This document shows, piece by piece, positions 39,804 to 49,156 of a stretch of 64,000 bases of DNA. Source of the DNA: Cytophagales bacterium (lineage in GTDB: Bacteria > Bacteroidota > Bacteroidia > Cytophagales > Spirosomataceae); the NCBI GenBank assembly GCA_038204185.1, contig JBBRDE010000001.1:7354-71353 (forward strand), in the 5' to 3' direction. A model generated the notes under the pieces. It saw only the letters and a list, made by a program, of their open reading frames with translations, was not told the origin of the DNA and did not search any database. Numbering within the stretch: the stretch's first letter is position 1; the number at the start of each line of letters is the position of its first letter. The position numbers and the translations under genes are program-made.

Positions 39804-40442
39804 ATGATTGAAATAAAATCCTTTGTGTTCAGTCCATTTTCTGAAAATACCTATGTGCTCTACGACGAAAGCGGGGAGGCTGTCCTGATCGATCCGGGTT
39901 GTTACGAGCCGTACGAATACCAGGAACTCAACGATTTCATAGAAGATAACCAGCTTACTCCCGTCGGTATTTACAACACCCACGCCCACATCGACCATGT
40001 GCTGGGGGTGGAAAAATTGAAAAACACATACGGGATTCCCTTTGCCTTGCACCAGCTCGACGAGCCGCTCCTGCGGGCGGTAAAAACATATGCTCCCAAC
40101 TACGGCTTTCCCACTTTCTCGGAACCTGGCGTAGAACGATGGCTAAAAGAAGGAGAATGGGTGGAATTTGGTAATTCAAAACTTGGTATCCTGTTCGTTC
40201 CTGGTCACGCACCGGGTCACGTGGCCTTTGTCAACGACGACCAGAAATTTGTGATCGGGGGCGACGTACTGTTCCGGCAGAGCATCGGTCGCACCGATCT
40301 ACCCGGTGGTAACATGGATACCCTGCTGAACAGTATCCGCACGCAACTTTTCACCCTACCCGACAACTACACCGTCTACGCCGGACACATGGAGCCGACT
40401 ACGATTGGTTTTGAGAAAAAAAATAATCCTTTTCTGAACTAG
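39804..40442 (+). CDS. MBL-fold hydrolase (glyoxalase II-like)
   Basis: 212 aa with the THAHIDH motif, followed by PGHAPGH and GD…GRTD. Confidence 0.85.
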   Translation: MIEIKSFVFSPFSENTYVLYDESGEAVLIDPGCYEPYEYQELNDFIEDNQLTPVGIYNTHAHIDHVLGVEKLKNTYGIPFALHQLDEPLLRAVKTYAPNYGFPTFSEPGVERWLKEGEWVEFGNSKLGILFVPGHAPGHVAFVNDDQKFVIGGDVLFRQSIGRTDLPGGNMDTLLNSIRTQLFTLPDNYTVYAGHMEPTTIGFEKKNNPFLN

Positions 40443-40452
40443 CCTCTCCTCC

Positions 40453-41151
40453 ATGAAACGACACATCCCCAACGCCCTGACCTGCGCCAATCTGCTCTGT
40501 GGCTGCGTGGGTATCGTGGAGGTTTTTCATAACAATATGCTGCTGTCCTGTGGACTGATCGGCCTGGCCGCCGTGTTCGACTTTTTCGATGGGTTTGCCG
40601 CCCGGCTGCTGAAAGTCAGTTCGTCCATCGGCAAAGAGCTGGATTCACTTGCCGATGTCGTTACGTTCGGGGTACTTCCCGCCGTCATCATCTACCAGCT
40701 ACTGGTACGGAGCGTACCGGGTATGGAGGATTTGTGGATACCTAATCTGGCTTTTCTGATCGCCGTTTGTTCGGCGTTGCGGCTGGCCAAGTTCAACATC
40801 GATCCCCGGCAGAGCGACTCGTTCATCGGGGTACCTACCCCCGCCAACGCGCTGATGGTGGCGTCGCTACCTCTCATCATCCGCTTTCATCCCGAATGGG
40901 AATCGGTGATCGTAAGTACCCCTACCCTATTGATTTTCACGGTGGTGATGTCCTACCTGCTAGTGGCAGAGTTGCCGCTTTTTGCCCTAAAATTCAAGTC
41001 GTTCGGCTGGAAGGGGAATGAAGTACGCTATTCGTTTTTGCTGGCGTCGGTTGTGCTTCTGGCTACTTTGGGCGTGCTGGGAGTACCTTTGGTGGTGGGT
41101 CTGTATGTTCTGATGAGTGTGGGGGTGAATTTGGCAAAAAGAACCTCCTAA
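40453..41151 (+). CDS. pssA: CDP-diacylglycerol--serine O-phosphatidyltransferase
   Basis: 232 aa. It has the CDP-alcohol phosphatidyltransferase motif DFFDGFAARLL…GKELDSLAD and is polytopic. Confidence 0.85.
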   Translation: MKRHIPNALTCANLLCGCVGIVEVFHNNMLLSCGLIGLAAVFDFFDGFAARLLKVSSSIGKELDSLADVVTFGVLPAVIIYQLLVRSVPGMEDLWIPNLAFLIAVCSALRLAKFNIDPRQSDSFIGVPTPANALMVASLPLIIRFHPEWESVIVSTPTLLIFTVVMSYLLVAELPLFALKFKSFGWKGNEVRYSFLLASVVLLATLGVLGVPLVVGLYVLMSVGVNLAKRTS

Positions 41152-41232
41152 ATTGGTTGGGCATGTATTTTATTGCAATTTTGCACCACAAAACCTTTCC
41201 ATAAAATCAGACTCACCGTACCGCTACCTACC

Positions 41233-41484
41233 ATGCAATTCGTCGCTGATATCAACATAATGCCCATCAAGGAGATTCTCGATCCGCAGGGCAAAGCCGT
41301 AAAACTCGGGCTCCATAATCTGGGAATTGACCAGGTGGACGATGTTCGCATTGGCAAGCATATTACGATCCGACTGGAAGCCGCCGATGCCGGAGAAGCT
41401 GAGGCTAAGGTAAATACCGCCTGCGAAAAACTGTTGGCCAACTTGATCATGGAGGAATTCAGCTTCGAGATTCACCCTGCCTGA
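41233..41484 (+). CDS. purS: phosphoribosylformylglycinamidine synthase subunit PurS
   Basis: It is 83 aa from ATG 41233 (MQFVADINIMPIKEILDPQGKAV…), the typical PurS sequence. The TTG start at 41173 in the track is probably an artefact. Confidence 0.85.
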   Translation: MQFVADINIMPIKEILDPQGKAVKLGLHNLGIDQVDDVRIGKHITIRLEAADAGEAEAKVNTACEKLLANLIMEEFSFEIHPA

Positions 41485-41537
41485 GATACCTTCCCCGTAT
41501 TGGCTGACCCAATTTTCTTTCGCTAAACCCTGAACTC

Positions 41538-42539
41538 ATGCCCCACGCGCGCATTACCGGAGTTGGATACTACGTACCCGAAAAGGTCGTGACCAACGAC
41601 GACCTCTCTCAATGGATGGAAACTTCCGACAAGTGGATACAGGAACGTACTGGAATCAAGGAGCGGCGGTACTTCACCTACGGCAAGGAGACCAACGCCA
41701 GCATGGCCACTGCCGCCTCGCGGCAGGCACTGGAACGCGCCGGGCTTACGCCCGATAAGGTAGATGTGATCGTGTACGCTACAATTACGCCCGACTACTT
41801 CTTCCCCGGTTCAGCTTTCCTGATGCAGCGTGAACTGGGTATGGACGGCAAACCTGTAATCGACATCCGGGAGCAGTGTTCAGGCTTTATTTATGCGCTT
41901 TCCATCGCCGATCAATTCATTAAATCGGGGATGTACAGGACGGCCCTGGTGATAGGTTCGGAGATTCAGTCCACCTGGATCAATAAAAGTACCGCCGGGC
42001 GTAATGTGGCCGTAATCTTCGGTGATGGGGCCGGGGCTGTGGTGGTGCAGGCTACCAACGATGCCGATCACCGGATTTTGTCCACGCACCTCCACGCCGA
42101 TGGCCGTTTTGCCGAAGATTTGTACGTAAAAGACCCCGGCAGTAGCCGTCCCGACCGCGCGGCTACGAAAGAACTTCTGGATGAAGGTGGTTTCGATGTG
42201 GTAATGAACGGAAATGCAGTTTTCAAACATGCCGTGGTGCGCTTCGGCGAAGTGATTCAGGAAGCCCTCGACGCCAATGGCGCACAAACTGACGAGATAA
42301 GTCTACTGGTACCTCATCAGGCCAATATCCGTATCAGCGAGTACGTGCGGGAGCAGTTGGGTCTGGCTCCCGAAAAAGTCGTCAACAATATTCAGCGCTT
42401 TGGTAACACTACTGCAGCCTCCATTCCTATTGCGCTTGCCGAAGCCTGGGAGCAGGGCCGTGTTCAGCCGGGTGACCTCATTTGCCTGGCAGCTTTTGGG
42501 AGTGGCTTCACCTGGGCTTCAGCGCTTATCCGTTGGTGA
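41538..42539 (+). CDS. fabH: 3-oxoacyl-ACP synthase III
   Basis: 333 aa. It has the active-site Cys in EQCSGFIYAL, the HQAN motif, GNTTAASIP, and a C-terminal GFTWAS. Confidence 0.9.
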   Translation: MPHARITGVGYYVPEKVVTNDDLSQWMETSDKWIQERTGIKERRYFTYGKETNASMATAASRQALERAGLTPDKVDVIVYATITPDYFFPGSAFLMQRELGMDGKPVIDIREQCSGFIYALSIADQFIKSGMYRTALVIGSEIQSTWINKSTAGRNVAVIFGDGAGAVVVQATNDADHRILSTHLHADGRFAEDLYVKDPGSSRPDRAATKELLDEGGFDVVMNGNAVFKHAVVRFGEVIQEALDANGAQTDEISLLVPHQANIRISEYVREQLGLAPEKVVNNIQRFGNTTAASIPIALAEAWEQGRVQPGDLICLAAFGSGFTWASALIRW

Positions 42540-42647
42540 GTACTTAATCGCTAAGGGTCGTTGAGATAAGCCCGGAACAGCCCCTGCGCAAATACGCCTT
42601 TTGGGTCAATTCCTCCACAATAATTCAGCTAGTTGCGATATATTTCG

Positions 42648-43019
42648 CTAGTACTGCCCTGTGGCCAGCATCACCAGTGTGCAAGCTTTGACGGGCTCTA
42701 TTCCTTCGGCAGAAAGCCGGTTCTCAAAATCCCGATTCTCCGTACCTGGATTAAAAATAACTCGCCGGGGGCGTAGTGAAATCACATAATCGTAATAGTC
42801 AGGCTGATGGCGGGGACCTACATATAATGTTACCGTATCAATGTCCGAATATTTTTCTTTTTGGGTTCCGATGGGTACCCCGGCAACTTCTCCTCCCCGA
42901 AGGCCAATCTGAACAATCTTATGACCTCTCTGCGTCAGGCGATGGGCAGCTGCATACGCGTAGCGCCCCGGATTGGTCGTAGCGCCAATAATCAATGTCT
43001 TTCCTGTCAATTGATTCAT
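42648..43019 (-). CDS. CoA-binding domain protein (YccU-like)
   Basis: 123 aa with the Rossmann-like pattern TLIIGATTNPGRYAY. Confidence 0.8.
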   Translation of the reverse strand: MNQLTGKTLIIGATTNPGRYAYAAAHRLTQRGHKIVQIGLRGGEVAGVPIGTQKEKYSDIDTVTLYVGPRHQPDYYDYVISLRPRRVIFNPGTENRDFENRLSAEGIEPVKACTLVMLATGQY

Positions 43020-43499
43020 ATTTTTTTATTCTGTGGAATAACTGGAACTATCCCCTAAAAACGTACGCCATACCTTTCATATCCAAAACCGTAGTGGTCT
43101 GGCTGATTAAAGGTTCTTTTATACAACCTATTCCTTTATAGTGACTCGTTTAGATTATAGGACAGGACTGCGCAAGTTTAAATAAACATCTGCTGCGAAC
43201 ATCAACGACCGCAATTTGGTGTCCCACCGACAACAACGTATAGTGCTCATTCGTATGGGGTTCCAAGCGCTGGCCCTATTTTTTTATTTATCAACACAGA
43301 AGTTAGCCATTCCGTTTGGATCCTATCGTTTTCCATCAAAGTGTGGGCACTTCCAAACTCTTTTACTGACTAGCTTCCCTGGCCATAAAAATACAAAGCA
43401 ACAAAGGATTACGATAGAGTAGGACGAACCCTATTTTACCTGTTCCACTTACTGTTTCGATCGATGTATTGAACATTTAGCCTTTATAAACTTCAACCC

Positions 43500-44072
43500 A
43501 TGATAGAGAGAAAGAATAGCAATAGCTACTGGAATGAGAAGTGGGTACGCATTGTTTTCGACCAAGTAGAAAACGCTCCACACTACGAAATATCAGATTA
43601 CGGACGCCTCAAAAGCTTCCAGACCGACCCTGTCCACGGAACAATCATCAACGGGTCGGTAATTCAGGGCTACCGCTCATTGAATATCCGGGTTCCGGGT
43701 GGACGTACTATCAATCGATATGTCCACAAGCTCGTGGCCGATAATTTCCTCAATCGTACGAATAGCGATCAGAATTATGTGATTCATCTCGACTACGACA
43801 AGCAAAACAATCATTTCCAGAATCTGAAATGGGTTACCAAAGGCGAAATGACGGAGCACAACCGTGACAATCCGGCCCTGGTGAACCGGGTTATGCCCCG
43901 CCGCACCAGCAACTATAAGCTCACAGAAAGCAAGGTAAGGATGATTAAGAAGCTCCTGAGGAACGACAATAATCGTTTGAAGATGATCGCGAAGCAGTTC
44001 GGCATTACACATACCCAACTCAACCGGATCAGGTCGGGAGAAAATTGGAAACATGTCACGATTGATGAATGA
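43500..44072 (+). CDS. free-standing HNH homing-endonuclease-like protein (NUMOD4 + HNH_3 + C-terminal HTH)
   Basis: 190 aa. It has a NUMOD4-like N-terminus (WVRIVF…YEISDYGRLKS), an HNH_3 core (VHKLVADNFL…HLDYDKQNNHFQNLKWVT) and a C-terminal HTH-like segment (IAKQFGITHTQLNRIRSGENW). The gene and its flanks are AT-rich. Confidence 0.8.
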   Translation: MIERKNSNSYWNEKWVRIVFDQVENAPHYEISDYGRLKSFQTDPVHGTIINGSVIQGYRSLNIRVPGGRTINRYVHKLVADNFLNRTNSDQNYVIHLDYDKQNNHFQNLKWVTKGEMTEHNRDNPALVNRVMPRRTSNYKLTESKVRMIKKLLRNDNNRLKMIAKQFGITHTQLNRIRSGENWKHVTIDE

Positions 44073-44137
44073 AAGCGTATGATCCGGGATAGCCGTTACA
44101 CGACACCGTACCTGAAAAATGACTAAAAGCCCATGAT

Positions 44138-47100
44138 CTAGGTACCGGGGGACTTGGGACTTTCCACTAAGGGAAGTGATAGAAAGAATGTGGTACCGAT
44201 ACCTTCCTCGGTTTCGAACCAAATGCTTCCGCCGGCGTATTCGATAATTCGTTTAGCCATAGCCAGGCCCAGGCCGGTTCCCCCGGGCCGGGTTGTGAAA
44301 TTGGGCAGAAACACCCGACTCCTGATATTTTGGGGAATACCCGTTCCGTTATCTTTCACTTCCACAATAATTGTTTCGTTGTGGGTGTATAGCCTTACTG
44401 TGATTTCGGCTGTACGTGAGGAGGGAACCGACTGCCGGGCATTAATTATCAGATTAGAAATACTACCCCCAAATTGCTGTCGGCCGCCGCTTACGTAAAG
44501 CGGACCAGGGGCTATCTGACGCCGAAAAATCACGGTCTCATCACTTGCATACAGCTCGTAGGCTTTGTTTACCACCGAAGTCACCTCAAATACCTCGTTT
44601 TGGGGAGGGGGCATTCGTGCTATATCGGAGAATGATTGAGCTATATGGCCAATCGTATCAATTTGCTTGATGATGGACTCCATAGCGCGGTTCACTTTTT
44701 CAAGAGCTTCGGGATCGTCACGACGGATGGTACGCTGCAGCTGCTGCAGGGTGAGTTTCATGGGCGTGAGCGGATTCTTGATCTCATGCGCCACTTGGCG
44801 AGCCATCTCACGCCAGGCCGACTGCTTTTCGTTCAAGGAAAGTGCCTGCTTGTTTTGGTCCAGATTTACAAGCATCTGATTGTATTTTTTAATGAGCGAA
44901 CCTATCTCGTCATTCGAATGCCACGGTAGCGGATCATTGAGTTGATTGAGGTTCGTCGTGCTTATTTTGCGGGCCAGCACCCGCAACGGTTCAATCAGCA
45001 GGTTTGATGCAAAATAAGATACCAACAGAAAAACAATAAACATAATGGTAAACACAATCAGTATCGAGGCTACGATGTCAATAATTTGGCGGTCGAGAAT
45101 CGATCTGGCGTTAAATTGAGGTACACTCAGGACACCGAGTAATTTTTGATCGTATGATTTGAGGCCCACATAGGCAGTATAGTAGGGCTTTTCGCCCAAC
45201 GACTCGTACAGAAGTAGCTGATTTTCTTTTTGTTCAACAATTTGTTTCATCGCAGCCGGATTGATGAGTCCCGAGACGAGACCGCCCTGGTAGAGCATCG
45301 GTTTTGAAGCCAACAGGATCCTGCCAGTCGTATCGTACAAGTTTATTCCCAAATCGGCATCACGGGCTATCTCCTGAATCTGTTGCTCAAAATATGCCTG
45401 GCTCATCTTACCCTGCCGGTAATCGTCCATATACTTCAGCACATTAGCCGACAAGTTGCGCGTTTTGTCAACGTGGGCATTTTCCTGATTTTCCCGGTAA
45501 TCAGTGCCAATAATTCTCAGAATAAAAAACAGGACAATAAGCAACGGAATAATGAAGGAAACGTTGAGCAGCACCTGGATTTTGGTAGAATACGTCAGCG
45601 GCAGGGCGGCTATACCTGAATGTAGTGCATGGCCAATAATAGCCAGCAAGACCACCACTACAAGTATCAAGTACAGGAAAGAGAAATTGGCCAGAAATCC
45701 GTTCCAGCCCCACGATTTGGTAGAAACCACAATACGCCGGTTTCGGGTGTCCGCCTGCCCCACGTGCCGGTAGCCATGCATTGTAAGACCGGTCTTGTAT
45801 AGTGCCGAATCCAGCAAGATGGTGGAAGGAAACTTACGTTCGTAATTGTACGAGCCACCACTGTACATTTGCTCAGCACCTTTAAATATAGCATAGCTAT
45901 ACTCTTGGGTTTCGGGAGTTTTATCAAAGCGCTCATCTGGTAAGGGCAAAGGTGTGTGCGCTGCCTGAGGTTTCTGCCGAAGAACCAGCACAACGTATCC
46001 CGCTGGCTGTGCTGCGTTCTGGACGGTAACAAATGCCACATAGTGCTTGGTAAAGCCAGTATCCGGCGTATCTACGCCAGGCGTGGATACGCCCGGCTCG
46101 GCTGAGGCAGCTTCTAAGGTATCTTGGCCAGGTGTATCAACCATATACACTCCCGGATAAGTCGTGGCATACGTTGGCTTTCCCCAGGCATCTACATAAT
46201 AGCTGTGGGTATGAGCCAGTGCGCTGTTATCCAGAGAATTTCCGTCCCGATCAAAAGTAAGTACCTCAGCAGTATAGGGATCCAGGTATTGCTTGAGGTA
46301 CTTGTTCCTGATTTTCTGCTGGATAATTTCACGGGCCAGGGGTACATCATTAACCAAATGCGCCTGTACCTCTTCATCCTGGGCCACAAGCTGAATATCT
46401 TTCGTTAGCAGGAACTCCGTAAGCAGATCATTTCCTGCAAGCACTTGTCTTCCAAATTCCTTCTTACTAAGGACATCCTTGTTATTTTCCTGGTTTTCCA
46501 CTACGTAAGTGGCTGTGAGAGCACATAGCAGCGCGGTCAGAAAATAGTATATGGTGGTCGGGTACTTGAAGCCGTAAAAGGTCCGCGGAAGGCGGGTGAG
46601 GTATAGCGTTAAAAGATACGCCATATGGGCCAGGAAAATCAATTCGAAACCCACCCCCAACAGCCAGGATACCAGCGCCACCATTGCGACACCCAGCATG
46701 AGTATAGCGGCTCCAATCCGGTAGTCGGGGGCAAGTCGTATGAAAACAATAAATATCAATTGGTTGATCATGAAATAGAGGCCTGACAGGCATACAAATA
46801 CTAACAGAGCCGCAATTTTCAGCGGATTAAACGTAATACTTAGGGTAATATCGAGTGTGTAAAGTGTACTCCCGTAGAGCGTGGTAAGTTCACGGTAGCA
46901 GAGATAAGACGACATGAAACTAACCAGGAGAATTAGCAATGCGACCAAATATTGAAACCCCGGGCCACTTGAAACCAATCGACGATAGGTAACCGTACGA
47001 AAATAGGTTCGATTGGCATACATTAACACCCATAACAGGCCCAGTCCATTGAGTAGCAAATCACCCAGCGAAGGTGAAAACGGGGTTCCATCGTAGTATT

Positions 47101-47920
47101 GCGGATCGAAAACTGCATTCCTGTAAAAGGAAAACGGAATTGAAAAGTACAGCATTAAGCCCCGCAAAACTACCACGAAGAATAGTAGTATTAGTAGTAC
47201 AAGTCTATAACGGTGTCGGGTGGGGCGATGATGCACCGACCTAACCAGGTAAATTGCGAGAAAGATCAAAGCCAGCAACATCAGTAGTGACGACTGAGCC
47301 GGAATGTGTCCGGCTCCGTTTACCCAGCCCTTGGGTGGGCTTACATAAAAAAGCGGACGGCCCGCCTCATCCATCACGGGCATGTAGCTATTCGCGTTGA
47401 GAATACTCAACAATTGCGGCACAGCAGCGAAAATCTTCGGATTATAACCGAGTGAAGTTTCGCCACGATCGGCGTGGTAGTGGGACTGCAATTCGATTAG
47501 GGAAAATAACTCGTATAAAGTACTGCCAGTCTGCTCCCGCTTACTTAGCTGCAGGAATTTGCCTTGATTGGTTTCGATGACTTGTGTGCCGGATTTAGCC
47601 CCCGAAAATAGCGCGTAGTTAATACCATATCGATGGTCCGACCACACAAGAAGCGTAGAATCTCGATACAGATAATGAGGATAAGGGCTATCGATGAGCA
47701 GTTCTGAAAAAGGTTTACCGTCAGACAAGGGTACCCGGCCCAGGATTTGATCCATATCCTGATTGGCCCGCGAAATTTCAATTTGCAGGCTTTTCTGAAC
47801 CTCATCGGCGTATGTTTCATAGATAGCCGTTTCGTTCTTAATGAAGAAGGATCCCACGGCCCATACAAACGCTACCACCGACGCAAGTAGGAAAATATAT
47901 TTTCTCAGGAATTGGGGCAC
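44138..47920 (-). CDS. large polytopic sensor histidine kinase (orphan in this window)
   Basis: 1260 aa. About a dozen predicted TM helices bracket several extracytoplasmic regions. These are followed by a HAMP-like linker, the H-box HEIKNPLTPMKL and a HATPase_c domain (DNGTGIP…GGTGLGLA). Confidence 0.85.
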   Translation of the reverse strand: MPQFLRKYIFLLASVVAFVWAVGSFFIKNETAIYETYADEVQKSLQIEISRANQDMDQILGRVPLSDGKPFSELLIDSPYPHYLYRDSTLLVWSDHRYGINYALFSGAKSGTQVIETNQGKFLQLSKREQTGSTLYELFSLIELQSHYHADRGETSLGYNPKIFAAVPQLLSILNANSYMPVMDEAGRPLFYVSPPKGWVNGAGHIPAQSSLLMLLALIFLAIYLVRSVHHRPTRHRYRLVLLILLFFVVVLRGLMLYFSIPFSFYRNAVFDPQYYDGTPFSPSLGDLLLNGLGLLWVLMYANRTYFRTVTYRRLVSSGPGFQYLVALLILLVSFMSSYLCYRELTTLYGSTLYTLDITLSITFNPLKIAALLVFVCLSGLYFMINQLIFIVFIRLAPDYRIGAAILMLGVAMVALVSWLLGVGFELIFLAHMAYLLTLYLTRLPRTFYGFKYPTTIYYFLTALLCALTATYVVENQENNKDVLSKKEFGRQVLAGNDLLTEFLLTKDIQLVAQDEEVQAHLVNDVPLAREIIQQKIRNKYLKQYLDPYTAEVLTFDRDGNSLDNSALAHTHSYYVDAWGKPTYATTYPGVYMVDTPGQDTLEAASAEPGVSTPGVDTPDTGFTKHYVAFVTVQNAAQPAGYVVLVLRQKPQAAHTPLPLPDERFDKTPETQEYSYAIFKGAEQMYSGGSYNYERKFPSTILLDSALYKTGLTMHGYRHVGQADTRNRRIVVSTKSWGWNGFLANFSFLYLILVVVVLLAIIGHALHSGIAALPLTYSTKIQVLLNVSFIIPLLIVLFFILRIIGTDYRENQENAHVDKTRNLSANVLKYMDDYRQGKMSQAYFEQQIQEIARDADLGINLYDTTGRILLASKPMLYQGGLVSGLINPAAMKQIVEQKENQLLLYESLGEKPYYTAYVGLKSYDQKLLGVLSVPQFNARSILDRQIIDIVASILIVFTIMFIVFLLVSYFASNLLIEPLRVLARKISTTNLNQLNDPLPWHSNDEIGSLIKKYNQMLVNLDQNKQALSLNEKQSAWREMARQVAHEIKNPLTPMKLTLQQLQRTIRRDDPEALEKVNRAMESIIKQIDTIGHIAQSFSDIARMPPPQNEVFEVTSVVNKAYELYASDETVIFRRQIAPGPLYVSGGRQQFGGSISNLIINARQSVPSSRTAEITVRLYTHNETIIVEVKDNGTGIPQNIRSRVFLPNFTTRPGGTGLGLAMAKRIIEYAGGSIWFETEEGIGTTFFLSLPLVESPKSPGT

Positions 47921-48118
47921 CTTAATGTTGCTGTAAATTCAGGTACGAGAAATCGTGGTAAAATCAATGAGAACAAAACAATGCTCTCATTATTAAGATT
48001 TTAACCAAGATATTATCGAGTTTCATCTTTAATTATACAGTATTGACCTAAAACCGTGCCAAAAAATCAATTTTTAGTGGTTACTTTCTTTTATATAAAC
48101 TCATGTATAATGAGTGCC

Positions 48119-48469
48119 TTAAATAACATTAATGCCATTGTTTACACCGGACGGCATGTTTATTGTAAAGCCCTGTCCATTCTCTCCTTCTTCGTAGTCG
48201 ATGTCCGCTCCCAACACATACATTAAATGCCGGCGATCGATAAACACCCGTACTCCATCCACATCGTACACCTGGTCATGGTTGGTCACCGTATCGAAGC
48301 CCAGCAGATGGGTAGCACTGCAAGCCCCGCCTCGTAATCCCACGCGAAGACCATAATTATCAGGAATTTTGTTCGCAATAAATGTATCCCTTATTTCCGC
48401 CCGGGCCCGGGCGGAAATGTGAACCGGAGTGTCCAGAATAATGTTTTTATTGAGTGCTTTGTCTTTCAT
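48119..48469 (-). CDS. HesB/IscA-like protein (single-Cys variant)
   Basis: 116 aa. It has the A-type-carrier-like core GLRVGLRGGACSATHLLGFD but lacks the C-terminal CGC motif. Confidence 0.6.
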   Translation of the reverse strand: MKDKALNKNIILDTPVHISARARAEIRDTFIANKIPDNYGLRVGLRGGACSATHLLGFDTVTNHDQVYDVDGVRVFIDRRHLMYVLGADIDYEEGENGQGFTINMPSGVNNGINVI

Positions 48470-48564
48470 AGCAGAAGAAGCATGCAGAGGCCGCTAGGCA
48501 AATATTCTTCGTTCAGCCGGCATTTAAACGTACTTTTGCCGTTCATTTCTGATAACGATTCTTT

Positions 48565-49083
48565 ATGGAACTGTATTCCTTCATTACAATACTTTTGGTA
48601 GCTGTGGTTGTCGTGTTTGGTTTGTATCTAACCCTGACCACTCTGGCTGAAAAATTTTTAGAAAAACAAAGATGGGATATTCGCTCCAAAAACACCGAAA
48701 TCATTCTTCCGCTCCGCCTACAAGCCTATGAACGGATGTGCCTATTTCTGGAACGGATTACACCCAATCAGCTGTTACTGCGCACCTCGGGATCGGCTTC
48801 CAACGCGCTGGAATTTCAACAAATCTTGCTGCGGGAAATCCGTGAGGAGTTCAACCACAACCTGGCCCAACAGGTATATATGAGTAACGATACTTGGGAA
48901 CATATCAAGAAAGCCGTCAACGAGGTGCAGTCGCTCATCAACCGGGCAGCCGCAGAAGTAGACGAAGAAGCTCCGGCCAATGACCTGGGCCGCAAGATAT
49001 TCGAACAGGTCATTCAGCAGGAAATTCAACCATGTACCCACGCACTGCGTATCGTAAAAGAAGAAGTGCAGCGGATTTTTTAA
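48565..49083 (+). CDS. hypothetical membrane-anchored protein
   Basis: 172 aa with one N-terminal TM helix and a helical remainder. It shows coding-like composition. I recognise no family. Confidence 0.45.
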   Translation: MELYSFITILLVAVVVVFGLYLTLTTLAEKFLEKQRWDIRSKNTEIILPLRLQAYERMCLFLERITPNQLLLRTSGSASNALEFQQILLREIREEFNHNLAQQVYMSNDTWEHIKKAVNEVQSLINRAAAEVDEEAPANDLGRKIFEQVIQQEIQPCTHALRIVKEEVQRIF

Positions 49084-49085
49084 TT

Positions 49086-49153
49086 TTGAATGACGGGGCC
49101 GCCCGCGCGGTGAATAATTAAATCCTCACTCATTCACTCCTTCACTCATTCAA
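49086..49153. repeat. TCATTC-type repeat element upstream of mutS2
   Basis: ttgaatga (49086-49093) pairs with tcattcaa (49146-49153). The interior holds a GC-rich palindrome and the direct repeats cactcattcactccttcactcattc. Confidence 0.6.
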
Positions 49154-49156
49154 TAC

